34,554 nt of DNA from a virus (Duplodnaviria; Caudoviricetes). Made by a program: the position numbers and the translations under genes. Below, piece after piece: positions 25,013 to 34,554 of the stretch. The first letter of the stretch is position 1; every line of letters starts with the position of its first letter. The DNA lies in the IMG/VR virus record IMGVR_UViG_3300030330_006468, positions 1 through 34,554 of that record; one strand, written 5' to 3'. Under the pieces are notes generated by a model that had not been told where the DNA came from, did no database searches, and was given only the letters and a program-made list of their open reading frames with translations.

Positions 25013-25425
25013 CTTTAGCTTCTGCAGTATGGATACCATTTAGTAAAAGTAGAAGCTGGAGCTGTAAACAATGTCATGAGAATAAAAGCTTAAGATTGTC
25101 CAGGGGAAACTGTGGGGATTCTTTTTTAGAAAATCTTCCACAATCTGAAGTAGATGAAGATGGAGTTTTTATCATGGGTTATCGAGTAGCTCCAAATTCT
25201 GGAGAATCTTATTCTAATTTAAAAATTAGAAATTGCCCTATATCTAATATGAATAGATTAAGCTCGATTATATCTAGTTATAACAGAATAAAAAACGGAC
25301 TAGTTAATTTTAAAGATATCTATCCGAATCCTTCTATAGCAATGATTGAATGTATTGAAATTTTAGACTATAGTTATAATGAAATGATTCTAAGACAAAA
25401 TGAGCAAGCTCTTAAGGATAGATGA
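24497..25425 (+). CDS. Tail assembly chaperone gpGT equivalent via programmed -1 frameshift at G GGA AAA (25003-25009), about 309 aa
   Basis: The -1 frame is open from 25009 (IALASAVWIPF...) and is the frame of ORF 25096..25425. Confidence 0.85.
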
Positions 25426-25427
25426 TT

Positions 25428-27545
25428 ATGGCAAATGGAGGTACTGTCGAAATAGATGTCGAGTTAAAAGGAACTCAAAATATAAAAGACGGTTTTAGCT
25501 CGATATCACAAGCAGGAAAATCTTTAGCTGATTCAGTAGGAGCAACTAATGAAAAACTTGCTGAAGGTCTAGGAGCAGTAGGAGAATCAGTTTTTTCTTT
25601 TGCTGATTCTTTAGGAGAATTAAAAGGAAGTTTTTCTAGTTTGGGTCAAGCTGGATCTATGAGCTTTACAAGTTTATTAGGTCCAATTGGAGCAGTTGTA
25701 ACTGCTGGATTAGGACTTCATGAAGTCTATAAATTGATTTCAGGAAGTGCTCAAGAAGCAGAAGAAAATCAATCTGCTATGGCAGCAGCAGCAGGAGATC
25801 TTCAAAGCAAATTAGAAGCTTTAGCAGAAAAAGGAGTGGTATTAGCAACTGATAAACTAGAAGAATTTACAGTTACGACCTTAAGAGCTCAAATAGCAAA
25901 AGAAAAACTTCAATTTGCTCAAGAAAAACTAACAAAGCAAACTTTAGCAGTAATAAAAGCAGAAGAAAAACTTGCTGAATCACAAGAAGCAATTACAAAA
26001 TATAGACAGCAGGCCATAAAAGATTCAAGAATGATAGAAGCTTTAAATAGGGCTGAAACTCAAGCAAAAAATAATTTAACTCAAGCAAATAAAGAATTTA
26101 CTGAAAGCATAAAAAAGCAATTAGAAGTTCAAAATCGAGTATCTAAAAAACTTAGAGATGCTGCTAAATTAGAAAAAGAAGCAGAAGAGCAATCTGCAGA
26201 ATTTCTTTCTTCTAAAATAAAAGAGAATTTAGAAAAGGTTAAATCCTTAAAATTAGCTGAAGCTGAAGCTAAACTATCTCAAAAAGAATTTAAAAGAAAA
26301 AAGATAGAAATAGAACAATCAACAACATTGGCACTTCTGCAAGCTCAAAAAAATGAGGAAGATCAAAAATCCTTATCAATTCAAAATAAAGCGATACAAG
26401 CAGAATTAGATAAACTTGATGCTGTAAAAATTGCTAATGATCAAGCCAATTTCCAAAGACAACAATTAATTAAACAAGAAAAAGCTAAAGATAAATCAGA
26501 TAGAGCTAGAAGAGCAGCAAAATTAAAAGCAGATGAAGCAAGAATAAAAGCAGAAAATAAAACTAAAGAGCAATTAGAATTAAAATCTTTTGCAGAAGAA
26601 GCAAGAATTCAACAATTAAGAATAGAACTAGAAGAAGAATCTCTTGATAAAAGCTTAAGACTTGCTGATCATAGATATAAAACAGAATTGCATTTAGCTA
26701 AAAATAATCTAAATCAGCAGGAAATCGCTAGATTAAATCATGAAAAAAATGTTTCAAGTATTATGAAGCAATTTGATCAAAAAAGAAAAGCTGAAGCTGA
26801 ATTAGTCGAAAGCGAGAGAAGACAAAGAAATATTGATAGTATGCTTTTTGATGCTCAATCGATAGAGAATAGCTTTGAGAGAGAAAATGAGATTTTAAGA
26901 ATTAACTATGAAAGACAAGTTTTAGCAGCAAAAGGAAATCAAGAGCAGATAACAGAAATTACAAGACAGCATGGAATAAATAGACAGAGATTAATTGCTA
27001 ATGAAACTAAATCCACTTCTGAAAAAATAGAAGGATTCTTTTCTAATATGAGTAAAGGACTTGCTGAAGTTGCAGTATCTTCCATACTTATGGGAGAATC
27101 TTTTAAAAAAGGAATTTCTTCTGTATTAATGGCATTATCTAAACAAGCTGGAGTGGAAGCTTTAATGCAAACAGCTAAAGGAATTGCTTTAGCTTTAAAT
27201 CCTGTAACTGCTGCTTTATCTTCTCAACATTTTAAAGCAGCTGGATTTTTTACAGCTGCAGCAGTATCAGCAGGAGCAGCAGGAAAAGCTTTAGGAGGAG
27301 GAGCTGGAGGAGTAGCAACTGGAGGAGGAGGAGGAGCTGGAGGAGGAGCTGGAATTATGGGAGGATCTACCACGGCTCCAGAAGTTCAGAGAGATAAGGC
27401 TTCTAGTTCTGAAATGGTATTTAATGTTAATTTTTCTGGAGCTGTAATTTATGATACTAAGAAAGCAGCAGAAGAAGCTTTAGCAGATCGAGTTACTAGA
27501 GTAATGAATTCTCAAAGAAGAGGAAACCCAAGGAGAAGAAGCTAA
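25428..27545 (+). CDS. Tape measure protein
   Basis: Follows the chaperone; long Ala/Glu/Lys/Gln helical region; hydrophobic Gly/Ala segments; VFNVNFSG near the C-terminus. Confidence 0.88.
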   Translation: MANGGTVEIDVELKGTQNIKDGFSSISQAGKSLADSVGATNEKLAEGLGAVGESVFSFADSLGELKGSFSSLGQAGSMSFTSLLGPIGAVVTAGLGLHEVYKLISGSAQEAEENQSAMAAAAGDLQSKLEALAEKGVVLATDKLEEFTVTTLRAQIAKEKLQFAQEKLTKQTLAVIKAEEKLAESQEAITKYRQQAIKDSRMIEALNRAETQAKNNLTQANKEFTESIKKQLEVQNRVSKKLRDAAKLEKEAEEQSAEFLSSKIKENLEKVKSLKLAEAEAKLSQKEFKRKKIEIEQSTTLALLQAQKNEEDQKSLSIQNKAIQAELDKLDAVKIANDQANFQRQQLIKQEKAKDKSDRARRAAKLKADEARIKAENKTKEQLELKSFAEEARIQQLRIELEEESLDKSLRLADHRYKTELHLAKNNLNQQEIARLNHEKNVSSIMKQFDQKRKAEAELVESERRQRNIDSMLFDAQSIENSFERENEILRINYERQVLAAKGNQEQITEITRQHGINRQRLIANETKSTSEKIEGFFSNMSKGLAEVAVSSILMGESFKKGISSVLMALSKQAGVEALMQTAKGIALALNPVTAALSSQHFKAAGFFTAAAVSAGAAGKALGGGAGGVATGGGGGAGGGAGIMGGSTTAPEVQRDKASSSEMVFNVNFSGAVIYDTKKAAEEALADRVTRVMNSQRRGNPRRRS

Positions 27546-28768
27546 TGAATTTAAATCCAGCTCCTAATTTTTGCTTAATGTCTTCAGTTGATATTTCTGG
27601 ATATTCTGGAAATTTATTAACTAGATCAAATACAGTAAACTTTTCTAATTTTACTAATTCTAAATTTGAAGATATGATAAGTTTTTTAAATGGGCGAGGC
27701 ATGAATACAGGCTTTAATTTACCTGCTCAATTATTAGCATCTTCTCAAGCTTTAGGGGGTTTTGGGTCTAATTGGTTTATTGGTATTGATGCAAATGACA
27801 AAATAGAAATAAGCTCTAGTCATGCTTTTAAAATAAAGTTTAACGCTTCATCTACTTTAATTGGAAATAAGGATTATTTAGGAATAGGAAATGATTTTGT
27901 AGTTTATTCAGGAAGTGCGACAATAGGAAATCCTTTATTATCCTTTAAAGTTTCCGCTCCTCAAGAGTGGACTAGAGGAGAAGTAATTTCATTCTCTTAC
28001 ATTATTGAAGAAGTAGGATCAGGATCAGGATCTTTTAATTTTAATTTTATCGGAGGAGCTCAAGATTTGACAGTATTATGCAGATTAAGAGGGAATTCTG
28101 ATTTAGATGATAATCCGGATTGTTTAGAAGCTTTGGATATAGCTAAAAACAATGGAGATATTAGATATTATGTAAATAATAGTGGTAAAGTTACGATTTC
28201 TTCAATAGGCTTATCTAATGTTACTTGGAATAATTCAGATTTTAGAAATAGATTAGGATTCACTGGAGAAGAATCAGTTTCTACAATTAACGGATATTCT
28301 GTACTTGTCGCTTCTAACTTTTGTCCAGGAGTCTTAGTTACTTCAAGACCGTATCAATCAAGCTATATAGATGTATCTAATCAATCTGAAGCTAGAAGAA
28401 AAATTGGAGGAGGATATACTTCTAATTATATTGGAACTTATTTAACAACTGTATTAAATTTTGATTTGGATGCTAGATTAGACTTAATAGATCTTTATAG
28501 ACATTTCACCAATAATTTCATTAGTTATATTTCAAAAGGTGAAAGAATTAATTTTTATCAAGTGCTAGGAGATTCAAGAAGAGCTCTTATTTCAGCATAC
28601 TCTAATATAAGTCAACCTCCTCATAACTTACTTTATACAAGCTCAAGAAATGGAAGCGAAGGAAGAATAAGAGCTTCTTTAATAACAGAAACATATTCTT
28701 TAAATTATCCTTCTGGATTAGCTAGAAGAGTTCCTATTTCTATGCGACTGGAGCATTTAAATGAGTAA
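27545..28768 (+). CDS. Tail tip protein (distal tail-like)
   Basis: First gene after the tape measure; beta-rich. Confidence 0.55.
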   Translation: MNLNPAPNFCLMSSVDISGYSGNLLTRSNTVNFSNFTNSKFEDMISFLNGRGMNTGFNLPAQLLASSQALGGFGSNWFIGIDANDKIEISSSHAFKIKFNASSTLIGNKDYLGIGNDFVVYSGSATIGNPLLSFKVSAPQEWTRGEVISFSYIIEEVGSGSGSFNFNFIGGAQDLTVLCRLRGNSDLDDNPDCLEALDIAKNNGDIRYYVNNSGKVTISSIGLSNVTWNNSDFRNRLGFTGEESVSTINGYSVLVASNFCPGVLVTSRPYQSSYIDVSNQSEARRKIGGGYTSNYIGTYLTTVLNFDLDARLDLIDLYRHFTNNFISYISKGERINFYQVLGDSRRALISAYSNISQPPHNLLYTSSRNGSEGRIRASLITETYSLNYPSGLARRVPISMRLEHLNE

Positions 28769-29885
28769 TAGTTATAGCACTTCTTTTTTACTTCCTAATC
28801 CTTCTTCTACAGTTGCAGGAAAAGAAATAGATTATCAAACTCCACAAAGAATGAGCAACTCTATAAATTATGCTTTAGCTGCTGGAGCTTGTCATAATGT
28901 TTTATCTCAAAGTTATGCAGATAAAACATTTATTCAAAACTCCAGCTCATTTGTAGAAATGAGTGAATGGAGAATTCCTTTAGTTTCTCTTGAGCATAAT
29001 GAACTAGATATTACTGTTTATTATGATATTCATGGAACTTCTTCTGCTTGTAATGCTCGATTCACTTTAACAGTAGGAGGAGTTTCAGCAGTTTTAACTT
29101 TAAATCTTCCTTCTTCTGCTGATATTGCATCTGATACTTTTAGTATTTCATTTCCTAATTCAGATCAATACTATGGAACTCTTAAAGTAGAAGTGCAAGC
29201 TGATTCTAGTAACAATGCAGAAGTTGAAATAAAAACAATTATGGCAAGCTGGACCCGTTTGCAATCTCCAGTATCAGCAGGATTAAAAAATCTTTATGAA
29301 GTAGGAGAATTTATTACTCCATTTGGAACAAGTAGAACAGGAATCAATCAAGCTTTTACGAGTAGATTTGCTCATAATATGATTAACAATATCCATATTT
29401 TAAGAAAAAGATTAAGATCCTATCTTAATTGGAGCGGATGTTATAATACAAATTCGACTGTTTATAGTAATCATGTAAATGGAAATAGTCCTGAAGTTTA
29501 TTTAGGAATAGGCCATATTAGGACTATTGGAGGATATCCTTTAGTCCCTGCTGGATATGATGGATTAGACCATAAAAAACTAGAGTTACATGTAAAATAT
29601 ATTGGAGATAGTTCTAATACTGAATTTGATTTTTTTGGAAATAAAATAAGTCTAGCAGCTGGAGCAGGTCAAGTTCTTTGGAGTATACATACTATAGAAA
29701 TAGACTATGAAAAAATTAGTTTAAGAGGAGATATTAGGCTTCCTTATTATGATGCTAGCTTAGATAATACTCAAGCGAATCATGAAAGTTTAACAAACTA
29801 CGGAAATTTAACAGGATCAATGTATCCAGTCTTAGATTCTGCTTCAAATGGTAAAATTTTATCGATTAATCTTATGGGTATATAA
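28761..29885 (+). CDS. Tail tip / structural protein
   Basis: Synteny; beta-rich composition. Confidence 0.55.
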   Translation: MSNSYSTSFLLPNPSSTVAGKEIDYQTPQRMSNSINYALAAGACHNVLSQSYADKTFIQNSSSFVEMSEWRIPLVSLEHNELDITVYYDIHGTSSACNARFTLTVGGVSAVLTLNLPSSADIASDTFSISFPNSDQYYGTLKVEVQADSSNNAEVEIKTIMASWTRLQSPVSAGLKNLYEVGEFITPFGTSRTGINQAFTSRFAHNMINNIHILRKRLRSYLNWSGCYNTNSTVYSNHVNGNSPEVYLGIGHIRTIGGYPLVPAGYDGLDHKKLELHVKYIGDSSNTEFDFFGNKISLAAGAGQVLWSIHTIEIDYEKISLRGDIRLPYYDASLDNTQANHESLTNYGNLTGSMYPVLDSASNGKILSINLMGI

Positions 29886-30601
29886 TGTTAATACAAACTA
29901 GCTATAATAAACTACCTGATTTAAAAAGCTGCAATAATGGGCAAATTGTTTATGGTTCTCTAGTTTCTTCTATGGCTTCTGGATTAGTTCAATTATCTCA
30001 TGTAAAGTTTCTTGGTATGGTAAATTATCCAATCATGAGAAGTACATATAATGCTAACATTAATGGAAGTAGGACCTTTTCAAGAGTTGCAGAAGGATCA
30101 GGAAATATTACTAAAGGATATACAGAATCTTTTAAACTTTTTTATCAAAGTACTTTATTAAGTGAATGGATCGGAGTTGTATTAGCATATGAATCTGGAA
30201 CTTCTTCTGCTGATTCTTCTAATCCTAGCTTTTCTCCTAAAATTGAAATTAGCTTAAAATTACTTAATGGAAATCCTTTATCTGAAATAGCAACTGTAGA
30301 TTATGGAATTAGGCTTGATTCCTCTAATTCTCTTCTGCTTTCTTCTATAAGTGGAGCTGATCAGAATTTAGGGGAAAATAGATCCTATGTTCATTATGCA
30401 GAATCTAATATAGAGATTCCAAATACAACTCCAAGCAATAACAGTCCAGTTTCTCCTAGACCTTTATATTTACCTTCTACGGTTACAGTTAATAATCAAT
30501 CCTATGATGTAAGGGGAAGTAAAATAAGTATTAATATAGATTGTGAAGATTGCAAACTAAGACATTTTACTTTATTTGACTTATACGAACCGGAAAGATA
30601 A
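29885..30601 (+). CDS. Tail tip / structural protein
   Basis: Synteny; TAATG overlap. Confidence 0.55.
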   Translation: MLIQTSYNKLPDLKSCNNGQIVYGSLVSSMASGLVQLSHVKFLGMVNYPIMRSTYNANINGSRTFSRVAEGSGNITKGYTESFKLFYQSTLLSEWIGVVLAYESGTSSADSSNPSFSPKIEISLKLLNGNPLSEIATVDYGIRLDSSNSLLLSSISGADQNLGENRSYVHYAESNIEIPNTTPSNNSPVSPRPLYLPSTVTVNNQSYDVRGSKISINIDCEDCKLRHFTLFDLYEPER

Positions 30602-30604
30602 AAA

Positions 30605-33600
30605 ATGATTAATTCAGATCATGGAAGAAGAGTATTTTGTTTACAAATATCAGGATTAAAATATAGATATCATTCTATAAATCCTCCAGCTTCTTCTAAT
30701 TTAGATTCTGAAATAGTATCTGGAATTTCATATGTAGATATTCAAGCCATAAACAAAGTAGGATCTTTTCAAAGTAGCATTGATCCAGCTGGAGGAATTG
30801 CAAGTTATTCCCCTATATCAATAGATTTATCGTTTTTAAAAGATGGATCAACTTATGATCCAGGTATCTTATTTAATAGAGTAGGAAAAAGAGCTGCTTC
30901 AGTTGCTCAAGCGAATTTAGAAGAAAACATTAATTTTGATCCACTACCACAAACCATAAATATAGATAAAGATCTTACATCATTATCAACTCCTAGAATT
31001 ATGCATGTGGGAGGAGAATCTTTTAAAATATCTTCTTTTACTTCTTCAAGTATGACTATATCAGATAGAGCAATAGGAGATTCAATTTATCAAGATCATG
31101 ATATCAGCTTACAAGGTTCTTTTACTCCAATTGTAACAAGTGAGATAGTAAGTTTTCGAGGTAGGAGAGCAAAATTATTCATAGCTCATAAAGATCAATC
31201 TGGATTAGTTTCAGACTACACAGAAATCATAAACGGATTTATAGAAAGCAGTCCCTATTCAGAAGGAGAAAATAGTGTATCTATTAACATTCTTCCCTTA
31301 GTAAGCTTAATTGATGGACCTTTAGCAGATACAAAATCTGGAGTTTCTTTTTTAAAACAAGGTTTTCATTACTTTCATGATAAAAGTAATGTTTTAGAAT
31401 TTGGATCAGCTTTTAAATCAGATTATACTATGATTTTTTCGAGTGCTGAAGAATATCCAACTCCAGGAGCTCCTTCTTCTAAAAGTAAAATTTATATTCA
31501 ATATCCATCTTATGACTTAGATAAAATCTTTGATGAATCAAGAAATAAGGGAATTGGATTTATAAATAGTCACCCAAGATACCCATATTTAATAATAGAT
31601 TCTCTTTATAAAGCTTATCCTAGCTCATTAGGAATAAATTCTACTGTACCTTACATCATTATAGATCACACAATAACAGGATCTATTCTACAAAATACTT
31701 TACTTTCTTTATTTAGCACTTCTCCAAGTAATCAAGTAATAGGATCAATTCCAAAAAGGGGAGAAATAAAAAGAATTCTTTTAGGACAAAATGAAGTTAA
31801 GCAATTTCCAGAAGTAATAAATGAAAAAATGAGCTCTTTAGGTCCTCAGTCTTTAGATGGAACAGAAGGAGCTTTTCATTCTTTTAGAATCAATGGATCT
31901 AATATTATTGGAATTCCTTTAGCTGATCAAAGGGGATGGAGTCCAGGACATGAAGGAAGGCTTCATTTTTGGCTTTCTTCTAGTTGGTATGAATCGAGCC
32001 CTAATTTTAATTATGCATGCTGGATTAATGATAATATAGAAGATAGATCTCCTTTATCTAATGAATATCGTTTATTTTATCCTTTGGATTATTGGAATAA
32101 TGAAAGCCCTCCTAAACCTAACTATGCTTCTAATTCAAGAAAAATTAAAGTATTAGAATTTCCAAATAGAAGAGCAGAGTCTATTCAAGATCAGATAAAT
32201 ATTGCTCTTGCTTATCATCAAGCTAACGAAAAAACTATACTAGTTGAATCTTCTCTAAATCTTCCAACTTCACTAACTCCTAATGTTTTTTATGCTATTC
32301 AAGTTCAAACTTATGATTATGAAACTAAAAGATCTAAAGTCTTACATTATAGGGCAACTCATGAACAAAGCATTTCTTTAAATGGAGTCCAAGTTGGATA
32401 TTTAATACATATTCCAGCAATAAGAGAAAATTTAAATAATGGTCACTTTGGAGACTGGAAAGATGAGGCTAGAACTCAAATAACTAGAGGAGTTTCAGCT
32501 TTTTATATTTCTCCAGGAGAAATGATGCTTCAGATTTTACAATCTGGAGGAGGTGGAAATAATGGGAATTATGATCTTTTAGGAGTTGGATTATCTATAC
32601 ATGAATCAAATATAGATATAGATAGCTTTTTAATAAATGGATCTATTCAAAGCCTAGGAATAAACACTTCTTTCTCTGTAGATGATTTTGACTGTAGAGA
32701 ATTTATAGAATCTCTCTTAAAAAGCATCTCATGTATTATTATTATGAAAAGATCTTCAGCAGGATCTAAAATTACATTGCAGCCGGTCGGAATAGAGTCT
32801 AATAGATTTGTTTCTTCTGCTTTATCTAATAATGAGTTGCTAACTACTCCAGCTCCTAATTTTTCAATATATGAAGATATTGTTACACAAGTAAAAATCC
32901 AATTTGGATGGAATAACGAAGAGAATAAATTTACTCAAAAAGTAACTTTTAATAATCAAGAAGCTATTAATAGATATGGAGGAGAAAAATCTTCTATCTC
33001 TATAGATCTCTATGGATTAAATTCTGAAGATATCGGAGGCACCCCTGGAGATGCTTATGATTATTTACTACCTATAGCAGCAAGAATTTTTAATACTATG
33101 AGTAACCCTAATATAGAGTGGAGTCTTTCTATAGGAACAGGAAAATCTATTTTTTTAGACGTTGGATCTTATATTAAAGTATCTTCTCCTCATCTTAAAG
33201 GATATCAAGATTCTTATGGAGTTTCTGATTCTATCGGGATGATTAAATCTATAAATCAAAATCTAATGAATGAAGGATCAGAGTTAAAGATAGTTCATAC
33301 TGGAATATCTTTTGTAAATTGGAATTCTGCTTTAAAAGTTACTTTTGTTACTAGTAATATTTCTTTAACAGTTTCAAATAATACTTATAGTGATAATGAT
33401 ACAAGCTTTTTTAAAGCTGGAGATATTGTTGACTTTTTACCATTTGGAGATGAAGATAATTCTATTAACAGCTTAGAAATTTTAAGTATCATTAATAATA
33501 TAGTAACATTTACAGCAGTGCATAATATAATCACTTTAGGAACTATAGAACCCTCTAGTTATACACTAGCAACTAGTAATCATAAAGCAGATGCTTATCT

Positions 33601-33649
33601 TTCAAATCTTGGATTAATCGGAGCTGATCAAGCACAGGAGTATGCATAA
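30605..33649 (+). CDS. Large tail tip / hub protein (1014 aa)
   Basis: Size and position; hub-like C-terminal part (EAINRYG...LDVGSYIKV). Confidence 0.65.
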   Translation: MINSDHGRRVFCLQISGLKYRYHSINPPASSNLDSEIVSGISYVDIQAINKVGSFQSSIDPAGGIASYSPISIDLSFLKDGSTYDPGILFNRVGKRAASVAQANLEENINFDPLPQTINIDKDLTSLSTPRIMHVGGESFKISSFTSSSMTISDRAIGDSIYQDHDISLQGSFTPIVTSEIVSFRGRRAKLFIAHKDQSGLVSDYTEIINGFIESSPYSEGENSVSINILPLVSLIDGPLADTKSGVSFLKQGFHYFHDKSNVLEFGSAFKSDYTMIFSSAEEYPTPGAPSSKSKIYIQYPSYDLDKIFDESRNKGIGFINSHPRYPYLIIDSLYKAYPSSLGINSTVPYIIIDHTITGSILQNTLLSLFSTSPSNQVIGSIPKRGEIKRILLGQNEVKQFPEVINEKMSSLGPQSLDGTEGAFHSFRINGSNIIGIPLADQRGWSPGHEGRLHFWLSSSWYESSPNFNYACWINDNIEDRSPLSNEYRLFYPLDYWNNESPPKPNYASNSRKIKVLEFPNRRAESIQDQINIALAYHQANEKTILVESSLNLPTSLTPNVFYAIQVQTYDYETKRSKVLHYRATHEQSISLNGVQVGYLIHIPAIRENLNNGHFGDWKDEARTQITRGVSAFYISPGEMMLQILQSGGGGNNGNYDLLGVGLSIHESNIDIDSFLINGSIQSLGINTSFSVDDFDCREFIESLLKSISCIIIMKRSSAGSKITLQPVGIESNRFVSSALSNNELLTTPAPNFSIYEDIVTQVKIQFGWNNEENKFTQKVTFNNQEAINRYGGEKSSISIDLYGLNSEDIGGTPGDAYDYLLPIAARIFNTMSNPNIEWSLSIGTGKSIFLDVGSYIKVSSPHLKGYQDSYGVSDSIGMIKSINQNLMNEGSELKIVHTGISFVNWNSALKVTFVTSNISLTVSNNTYSDNDTSFFKAGDIVDFLPFGDEDNSINSLEILSIINNIVTFTAVHNIITLGTIEPSSYTLATSNHKADAYLSNLGLIGADQAQEYA

Positions 33650-34335
33650 TGAAAAAACTAAGTAAAGCAGAAATCCTTCAAGAAAATATTAATTTAAAAG
33701 AGGATTTAAGAAGAATTAGAAGAGAGCTAAATCAAGCTTTAGTCGATATTCCTATTTATCAAATTCCTAAAGTAGATTCTAACAATAAAACTAACCCTTC
33801 TTCACATGTAGATAGAGCTCTAAAAAGAGCAGAAGAAGAATTTAAAAAAGATATTAAAGAACCCAAAAACGGAAAAATTCAGCCGGATATTACAAAATAC
33901 ATCAAATCTAATTTAGGTCTGAATTGGTATTGGGAAGAAGATTACACAAAAAACAATCAATTTGCGTGGTGTGGAGCTTTTCAAAGTTTTATTTATCAAG
34001 AAGCTAATGTTTCTATTAGAAAAAATACTTTCCCTTCTTGTTATAGAATGAATCGAGACTGGAGAAACACTAAGAGATACATTAATGATAAAAATACATT
34101 ATGTAAAGGCGATTTAGTAACTGTTTATACTAGTTCTAAAAGATCTCCTGATTATGGAAATCATATAGTTTTAGTAAATGGACTAATTGATGAAAATGGA
34201 GATTTTGAAACAATTGAAGGAAATGCCAAAGGCTATGGACCGAATCAAGACTATAGGGAAGGAGTATCTAAAAGAACTAGAAATATAAAAGATATTGCTA
34301 GAATTTACAGACTTTTAGAAGAAGATTTTTCATGA
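33649..34335 (+). CDS. Endolysin, CHAP-family Cys/His amidase/peptidase
   Basis: AWCGAF, GDLV, GNHIVLV and TIEGN motifs; adjacent to a holin-like gene. Confidence 0.82.
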   Translation: MKKLSKAEILQENINLKEDLRRIRRELNQALVDIPIYQIPKVDSNNKTNPSSHVDRALKRAEEEFKKDIKEPKNGKIQPDITKYIKSNLGLNWYWEEDYTKNNQFAWCGAFQSFIYQEANVSIRKNTFPSCYRMNRDWRNTKRYINDKNTLCKGDLVTVYTSSKRSPDYGNHIVLVNGLIDENGDFETIEGNAKGYGPNQDYREGVSKRTRNIKDIARIYRLLEEDFS

Positions 34336-34526
34336 ATAATTTAATAAAAAATTTAGGTGGAAGGAAGTGTTCAATGTTTATTTTAACATTGTTTGCTAGT
34401 GTTTTACTTGCTATTTTTAATAAAGCAAATACTGAAATACTTGGGCTTATCGACACTTTATACTTAGTTTATGCTGGAGCTAATGTTTCAGCAAAAAAAA
34501 AGGAGAATAAAAAAAATGAACAGTAG
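34332..34526 (+). CDS. Holin-like small two-TM protein
   Basis: GGRK then a hydrophobic segment, Y.GANV..K motif, basic C-terminus; ATGA overlap with the endolysin. Confidence 0.7.
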   Translation: MNNLIKNLGGRKCSMFILTLFASVLLAIFNKANTEILGLIDTLYLVYAGANVSAKKKENKKNEQ

Positions 34527-34553
34527 ATTGAAAGTTCAAGATCCAATTTCATC
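34456..34553 (+). repeat. Terminal direct repeat, right copy
   Basis: Identical to 1-98; the holin ORF reads across the junction. Confidence 0.97.
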
Positions 34554-34554
34554 A

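Larger units (their letters stand above)
1..34554. mobile_element. Complete circularly permuted tailed phage genome (siphovirus-like), unit length about 34,455 bp
   Basis: Terminal direct repeat; full head, tail, lysis and replication gene set; no host genes; tape measure and tail tube present, no sheath recognised. Confidence 0.95.

Noticed and set aside
27290-27365. GGA-rich tract as a CsrA sponge or G-quadruplex
   Set aside because: It encodes a Gly-rich linker, and GGA is the dominant Gly codon in this genome
27496-27702. Minus-strand ORF across the tape measure/tail junction
   Set aside because: Antisense shadow with no supporting signals
1-34554. Stop-codon reassignment, tRNA genes, integrase/attP
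   Set aside because: Genes tile densely in the standard code with TAA, TAG and TGA all used as stops; no cloverleaf or recombinase motif was seen

Overview
The window is an apparently complete, circularly permuted genome of an AT-rich tailed phage (Caudoviricetes, siphovirus-like). Bases 1-98 repeat at 34456-34553, giving a unit length of about 34,455 bp. The virion module runs TerS-like, TerL, Mu gp29-like portal, protease/scaffold, decoration, major capsid, head morphogenesis, neck, tail tube, a -1 frameshifted tail chaperone pair, tape measure and tail-tip genes. It continues through a CHAP endolysin and holin to repeat-rich fibre genes and a cluster of small membrane proteins. The early region has a divergent promoter pair, a RecT-like annealase, an HTH protein, a lambda O-like initiator with six internal iterons, a DnaC-like loader and SSB. 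It also carries a dNTP-supply set: class II RNR, ThyX and dCMP deaminase. I saw no integrase, DNA polymerase, tRNA or CRISPR array. The best lead is a putative ~70-nt minus-strand small RNA (13315-13387) with its own promoter-like and terminator elements. It is complementary to a shared 5' leader/RBS motif in three distant early transcripts. The second lead is an identical 13-bp operator-like palindrome upstream of nrdJ and of thyX/dCMP deaminase, next to an RHH regulator gene. All product calls come from motif recognition by eye; no database searches were run.
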